Positions 16,324-20,202 of a DNA stretch of 20,202 nt are shown in pieces. The DNA lies in the NCBI GenBank assembly GCA_038245905.1, contig JBBRRY010000047.1:1-20202 (forward strand), given 5' to 3'. Numbering within the stretch: position 1 is the stretch's first letter; each line of letters opens with the position of its first letter. Origin of the DNA: Thermoanaerobaculia bacterium (GTDB lineage: Bacteria > Acidobacteriota > Thermoanaerobaculia > UBA5066). Both the position numbers and the translations under genes were made by a program. Below the pieces are notes generated by a model. The model worked only from the letters and a program-made list of their open reading frames with translations, was not told the origin of the DNA and made no database searches.

Positions 16324-16893
16324 TCAGCGCGTGCGGCCGCCCGTGTCGATGTGTTCGCTCACGGGCAGTCCCGATTCCGGATCCGTGCCGAAGACGTCGA
16401 TGAAGAGCACAGAGGGGATCAGACTCTTCTTCGAGACGGAGACGAAAGCGCGCTCGAGAACGGCGCGCTTGCCGTCGATATCGGTCACAACCTCGGCACA
16501 GCTCCCGCGCTCCCGAAGGATGAGGGACCGGCCCGGGAACGCGCGCATCTTCAGCGAATAGACGCCCGGCTCGGGACTCCCCGTCGCCTCGACGCCGTAG
16601 GCCCGAAGCCGTTCGAAGAAATTCAGACCCAGCTCGCGCCCGTCCTCCGCCTTCATGAGCCAATAGACGTGTACCGGCTTCTTCGGGTCGAGGCGCCCGT
16701 CGGCGCCGTACACGGCCGCGTACACGACGACGTTCGCGTTGAGGCTTCTCTCCACCGTGAAGAGCGGCCCGCAAGCCTCTTCCGCCCGGGCGGCCGTGGG
16801 CGCTGTTGACAAGCTTGCGGCGACGATCGCGGCCGCCCGGACGACGGCCGGTCGCAAGAGACGCGGACGGCCTGGGAACGGAAAGACGCTCAC
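16324..16893 (-). CDS. Secreted DUF4833-like protein (about 189 aa)
   Basis: 3' part of ORF 16324..18363, probable GTG at 16893. Signal-like segment ending AARA; LFTVERSLNANVVVY...PVHVYW...LNFFERLRAYG...FGTD. Confidence 0.78.
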   Translation of the reverse strand: MSVFPFPGRPRLLRPAVVRAAAIVAASLSTAPTAARAEEACGPLFTVERSLNANVVVYAAVYGADGRLDPKKPVHVYWLMKAEDGRELGLNFFERLRAYGVEATGSPEPGVYSLKMRAFPGRSLILRERGSCAEVVTDIDGKRAVLERAFVSVSKKSLIPSVLFIDVFGTDPESGLPVSEHIDTGGRTR

Positions 16894-16932
16894 GTCACGC
16901 GAAGATAACAGGGCTACGATACGGTTTCGAAG

Positions 16933-18480
16933 ATGGCCGCGTCGAAAAACATTGCCGCGATCGACGTCGGGTCGAATTCGATCAAGCTCCTCGTCGCGCG
17001 GCGGGACGCCGCGGATCCCGGGCACTGGGCCGAGATCCTCCGCGAGAAGGAGATGGTGAGGCTCGGGCAGGAGACGCTCGTCTCGGGGTCGCTCTCGGAG
17101 GAGGCGATGGCCGACGGGATCGACTGCCTCGTTCGCTATGTCGCCCTCGCGCGCGCCGCGGGTGCGAGCGCGATCACCGCCGTCGCGACGTGCGCCGTCC
17201 GCGAAGCCGCGAACGGAGACGACTTCGTGAAACGCGTGCGCCGGGAGACGGGGGTCCGCCTCAACGTGATCTCTGGCGAGGAGGAGGCGCGCCTCATCAC
17301 CCGTGCCGTGCGTTCGGAGCTTCCGCCGTCGTGCGACCCTCTCCTCGTCCTCGACATCGGCGGCGGTTCGACGGAGGTCGTGATCGCGAAGGGAGACCGC
17401 ATCCTCCTGGCCGAGAGCCTCGACCTCGGAGCCGTGCGCCTGACCGAGCTCTTCGTCTCGTCGGAGCCGCTTTCGTCGAAGGACGAACGGCTCCTCCGGA
17501 GGGCGATCCGGAGCCGCCTCGCGCGTCTCCGCAAGCGGGTGCGCAAGGCGAAGATCAAGACCGCCGCCGGAACGTCGGGCACGATCCTCGCCGTCGCGGA
17601 GATCGCGGCGGAGCTCGGTGGGCGGTCGCCGGCCGGGACCGGGCATCGCGCGCTCGCGCGGAAGGACGCGACGCGGATCGCGGGCCTCCTCGCGAAGGCG
17701 ACGGCGCGCCAGAAGCTCCGGATCCCGGGTCTCGAGGCGGACCGCCGGGACATCGCGGTCGCGGGGGCGATCCTCCTCGAAGAGCTGCTCCGGGCCTTCG
17801 ACGTCGAGACCCTCCTCGTGTCCGAGCGGTCGTTGCGCGACGCGCTCGTGCTCGAGACGCCGGCTCCGGCGGCGCCGCGCGGCCGCCCGCTCGAACGCAA
17901 CATCCGGCGCGATTCCGTGGCGCGCCTCGCGAGGCGCTCGGGCTTGCCGGGCGTCCACGCGGGCCGCGTCAAGGACCTCGCCCTCTCGCTCTTCGACCAG
18001 ACGCACAGCCTCCATCAGCTCACCGCGCTCGAGCGCGAGTGGCTCGAGTACGCTGCGGCGCTTCACGACATCGGGCTCTCGGTGGCGTATGCGCGCCACC
18101 ATCACCACTCGCATTACCTGATCCTGCACGGCGATTTGAAGGGGTTCACCCAGGACGAGGTGGAGCTGATCGCGCTCGTGGCCCGATACCACCGGAAGGC
18201 CGTTCCAGGCGACCCGCACGAGCCGTTCCGGAACCTCGACCCATGGAAGAAGCCCGTCGTCGAGAAGCTGGCCGCGATCCTCCGCGTCGCGGACGCGCTC
18301 GACCGGACGCATCGCGGGCTCGTCAAGAGGGTCCGCGTCACACTGCGCGGGAAGAAGCTGCATGCGGCCCTCTCCGCGCGCGCGCCGCTGGACCTCGAGC
18401 TGTGGGCCCTGAAGAAGAAGGCTCGGCTCTTCGAGACGACCTTCGGAGTGAAGGTCGTCGCACGCCCGGTTGTTGGATAA
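16933..18480 (+). CDS. ppx: Ppx/GppA exopolyphosphatase with C-terminal HD-like domain
   Basis: AAIDVGSNSIKL, ATCAVREAANG, ISGEEEARL, DIGGGSTE, GTSGT, LHDIG, RYHRK, LRVADALDR. Confidence 0.95.
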   Translation: MAASKNIAAIDVGSNSIKLLVARRDAADPGHWAEILREKEMVRLGQETLVSGSLSEEAMADGIDCLVRYVALARAAGASAITAVATCAVREAANGDDFVKRVRRETGVRLNVISGEEEARLITRAVRSELPPSCDPLLVLDIGGGSTEVVIAKGDRILLAESLDLGAVRLTELFVSSEPLSSKDERLLRRAIRSRLARLRKRVRKAKIKTAAGTSGTILAVAEIAAELGGRSPAGTGHRALARKDATRIAGLLAKATARQKLRIPGLEADRRDIAVAGAILLEELLRAFDVETLLVSERSLRDALVLETPAPAAPRGRPLERNIRRDSVARLARRSGLPGVHAGRVKDLALSLFDQTHSLHQLTALEREWLEYAAALHDIGLSVAYARHHHHSHYLILHGDLKGFTQDEVELIALVARYHRKAVPGDPHEPFRNLDPWKKPVVEKLAAILRVADALDRTHRGLVKRVRVTLRGKKLHAALSARAPLDLELWALKKKARLFETTFGVKVVARPVVG

Positions 18481-18487
18481 TCAACCC

Positions 18488-19087
18488 GTGCACCTCGCGG
18501 TCGTGGTTCTCCTTGCGGCTCAGGCGTCGACTTCGACGCCGTCGGCCACGCCCACGGCGACGCCTGTCGCCGCGGCGGACCCGTACCGCCCGCGCTCCCT
18601 TTCGGAGCTCGCGAAGGATCGCCACCTGGGCCGCCTCACGGGGGTCGGTGCGGCAGTCGTGACGACGCCGGGGCCGGAGCAGGAGCCCACGCCGGCCGTC
18701 TCCACAACTTCCGCCGCCGCGCGTCGATCGGGAATGCTGCGCGTCGAGGACGTGCAGGACAACGGGGCCGTGTCGGACGGCCGCGTGTCGGTCTTCGGAA
18801 CCGTTCGCAACATCGGGCGAGTCCCCCTGTGCCGCGTCCGGATCTTCCTGAAGCTGTACGACGACCACGGAGTGCTGCTCTCGATCGGAGAGACGACGAC
18901 GGACCTGAAAATCGTGGCCGCCGGAGAAGTCGTCACGTTCGGCGGAACCGTGAAGGCTCCCGCGGGCCTCCGCGGCTCGAGTGAGAGGAAGCCCGACCCT
19001 CTCGCGGACGGGCGGTCCGCGACGAACTGGCAGCGCGTGGGCCGAGTCCAGGTCGAGGTTATCGACGCGGGCGACGAATGCAGCTGA
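18488..19087 (+). CDS. Secreted protein with FxLYD-like Ig-type domain (paralog 1)
   Basis: Short signal peptide, Thr/Pro linker, VFGTVRNIG...LKLYDDHGVLL...GEVVTF. GTG 18488 is preferred over TTG 18470. Confidence 0.75.
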   Translation: MHLAVVVLLAAQASTSTPSATPTATPVAAADPYRPRSLSELAKDRHLGRLTGVGAAVVTTPGPEQEPTPAVSTTSAAARRSGMLRVEDVQDNGAVSDGRVSVFGTVRNIGRVPLCRVRIFLKLYDDHGVLLSIGETTTDLKIVAAGEVVTFGGTVKAPAGLRGSSERKPDPLADGRSATNWQRVGRVQVEVIDAGDECS

Positions 19088-19767
19088 TCGTTTCGCTGGC
19101 CCTGACACTGCTCCTGCAGGCGGCGGCCGTCACGCCGAGCCCCGCGCCGGAGCCGACGCCCGCCCCGACTCCGACCCCCGTCGCGCGCGGCCTCGTGCGG
19201 CCGCGTACGCTTCAGGATCTCGCGAGGGAGCGGCGCCTGAAGACGGGTGTGGACCCGAAGGCCACTCCCAGAACGATCACGCTCGGCCCGGCGGCGGGAG
19301 TCGCGCCCGGCGTGAAGCGCGAAGTCACACCGGGCGGAACGCCCTCCGCGTCTCCTGATGCGCCCGCCGAGGACCCGACACCCGGCTCGTTGAGCGCCGC
19401 CGACGTGCGCGTCGTGACCGTATCGAACGACGGGATCGTCGATGCCACCGGAGGCGTCCGCGTTGCGGGCACGATCCGGAATGCCAGCGATCAGACGGCG
19501 TGCGGCATCGTGATCCTCGTCAGGATTCTCGACAACAGGGGAGCGTATCTCTCCTCGTCGCAGATTTCGCCCGACGTGACGATCCTGCCGTCCGGGGAGA
19601 CGACGAGCTTTCACACGATCGTGCAGGCGCCGCCGGGCGTTCGCGGCCCGCGAATCAACCCCGACCGCCGTGACGTGACCGACGGGAGCACGACCATGGC
19701 GGGCGACTGGAAGCTGCTGGGCGGCGCCGAGGCGAAGGTCGTCGACGCGACTCCGTGCCCGAGGTAG
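19078..19767 (+). CDS. Secreted protein with FxLYD-like Ig-type domain (paralog 2)
   Basis: Signal peptide, PT-rich linker, VAGTIRNAS...RILDNRGAYL...LPSGETTSF; overlaps paralog 1 by 10 nt. Confidence 0.78.
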   Translation: MQLIVSLALTLLLQAAAVTPSPAPEPTPAPTPTPVARGLVRPRTLQDLARERRLKTGVDPKATPRTITLGPAAGVAPGVKREVTPGGTPSASPDAPAEDPTPGSLSAADVRVVTVSNDGIVDATGGVRVAGTIRNASDQTACGIVILVRILDNRGAYLSSSQISPDVTILPSGETTSFHTIVQAPPGVRGPRINPDRRDVTDGSTTMAGDWKLLGGAEAKVVDATPCPR

Positions 19768-19788
19768 CGCGCGAACGCGCGAAGCGGC

Positions 19789-20202
19789 TCAGCGCGTGGG
19801 AGGCTTTCCCTTCGCGAGCGTCTTCTTGGTCTGGATGTAGCTGCTCAGGATGCGAAGCGTCGCGCCGCGCGTGTTCGGGTTGCGGCTGAAAATGGCGGTC
19901 GTGGCTTCCGGACCGGAGGCCTTGTTCTGCCAGAAGTAGTCCTCGATGAATTTGTTCGGCTGCGAAGGCTTGCCCCAGCCCGCGTTCAGATCCTTCAGGA
20001 TCCGATTGGCCGATTCGACGGACATTTCGATGAAGACCTCGGCGAAACGGTTTTCCCAGAATTCGTAGACGATCTTGCCCACTGTGGCGCCCGCGAATGT
20101 GAGGTCGTCGTTCGGAATCCAGCAGAACTTCGACTCGGCGTGTTCGTCGAGGACTTCCATATGGGGGGCCGCGGCTCCTCCCCACTTGAAGTCCCGGAAG
20201 CC
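19789..20202 (-). CDS. Hypothetical protein, 5'-truncated by the window edge
   Basis: The frame stays open upstream of ATG 20160 to the edge (GFRDFKWGGAAAPH-MEVLDE...), so the true start probably lies outside the window. Confidence 0.7.
   Translation of the reverse strand, partial: GFRDFKWGGAAAPHMEVLDEHAESKFCWIPNDDLTFAGATVGKIVYEFWENRFAEVFIEMSVESANRILKDLNAGWGKPSQPNKFIEDYFWQNKASGPEATTAIFSRNPNTRGATLRILSSYIQTKKTLAKGKPPTR

Noticed and set aside
16894-18363. N-terminal ~490 aa of the 679-aa minus ORF
   Set aside because: It is antisense to ppx; only the 3' part resembles a real protein.
19130-19182. CCGACGCCC-like short repeats
   Set aside because: They simply encode the Pro/Thr linker.

Overview
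GC-rich bacterial window, Gram-negative-type because it encodes an outer-membrane porin. It is dominated by a phosphate-uptake and Pho-regulon locus: a minus-strand pstS-pstC-pstA-pstB-phoB-phoR-phoU operon with long-form PstC/PstA, a divergent OprO/OprP-like phosphate porin, and a ppx/gppA gene about 6 kb further on. Between the porin and ppx lies a patchwork of small or poorly characterised genes (stand-alone cNMP-binding protein, possible Zn-ribbon ORFs, DUF6544-like, SRPBCC-like, LysE, RMD1/DUF155, an 88-aa orphan, DUF4833-like) and two gene remnants. The left edge carries two back-to-back 'small protein + overlapping nucleotidyltransferase' cassettes; the nucleotidyltransferase of one is missed by the ORF track. 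The right end has two tandem paralogous secreted FxLYD-like proteins. The most notable unannotated signals are (i) 11-bp-period Pho-box-like arrays upstream of pstS and the porin and also of three accessory genes, suggesting an extended, undescribed Pho regulon, and (ii) the divergent twin nucleotidyltransferase modules. All family calls come from motif recognition by eye; no database searches were run.
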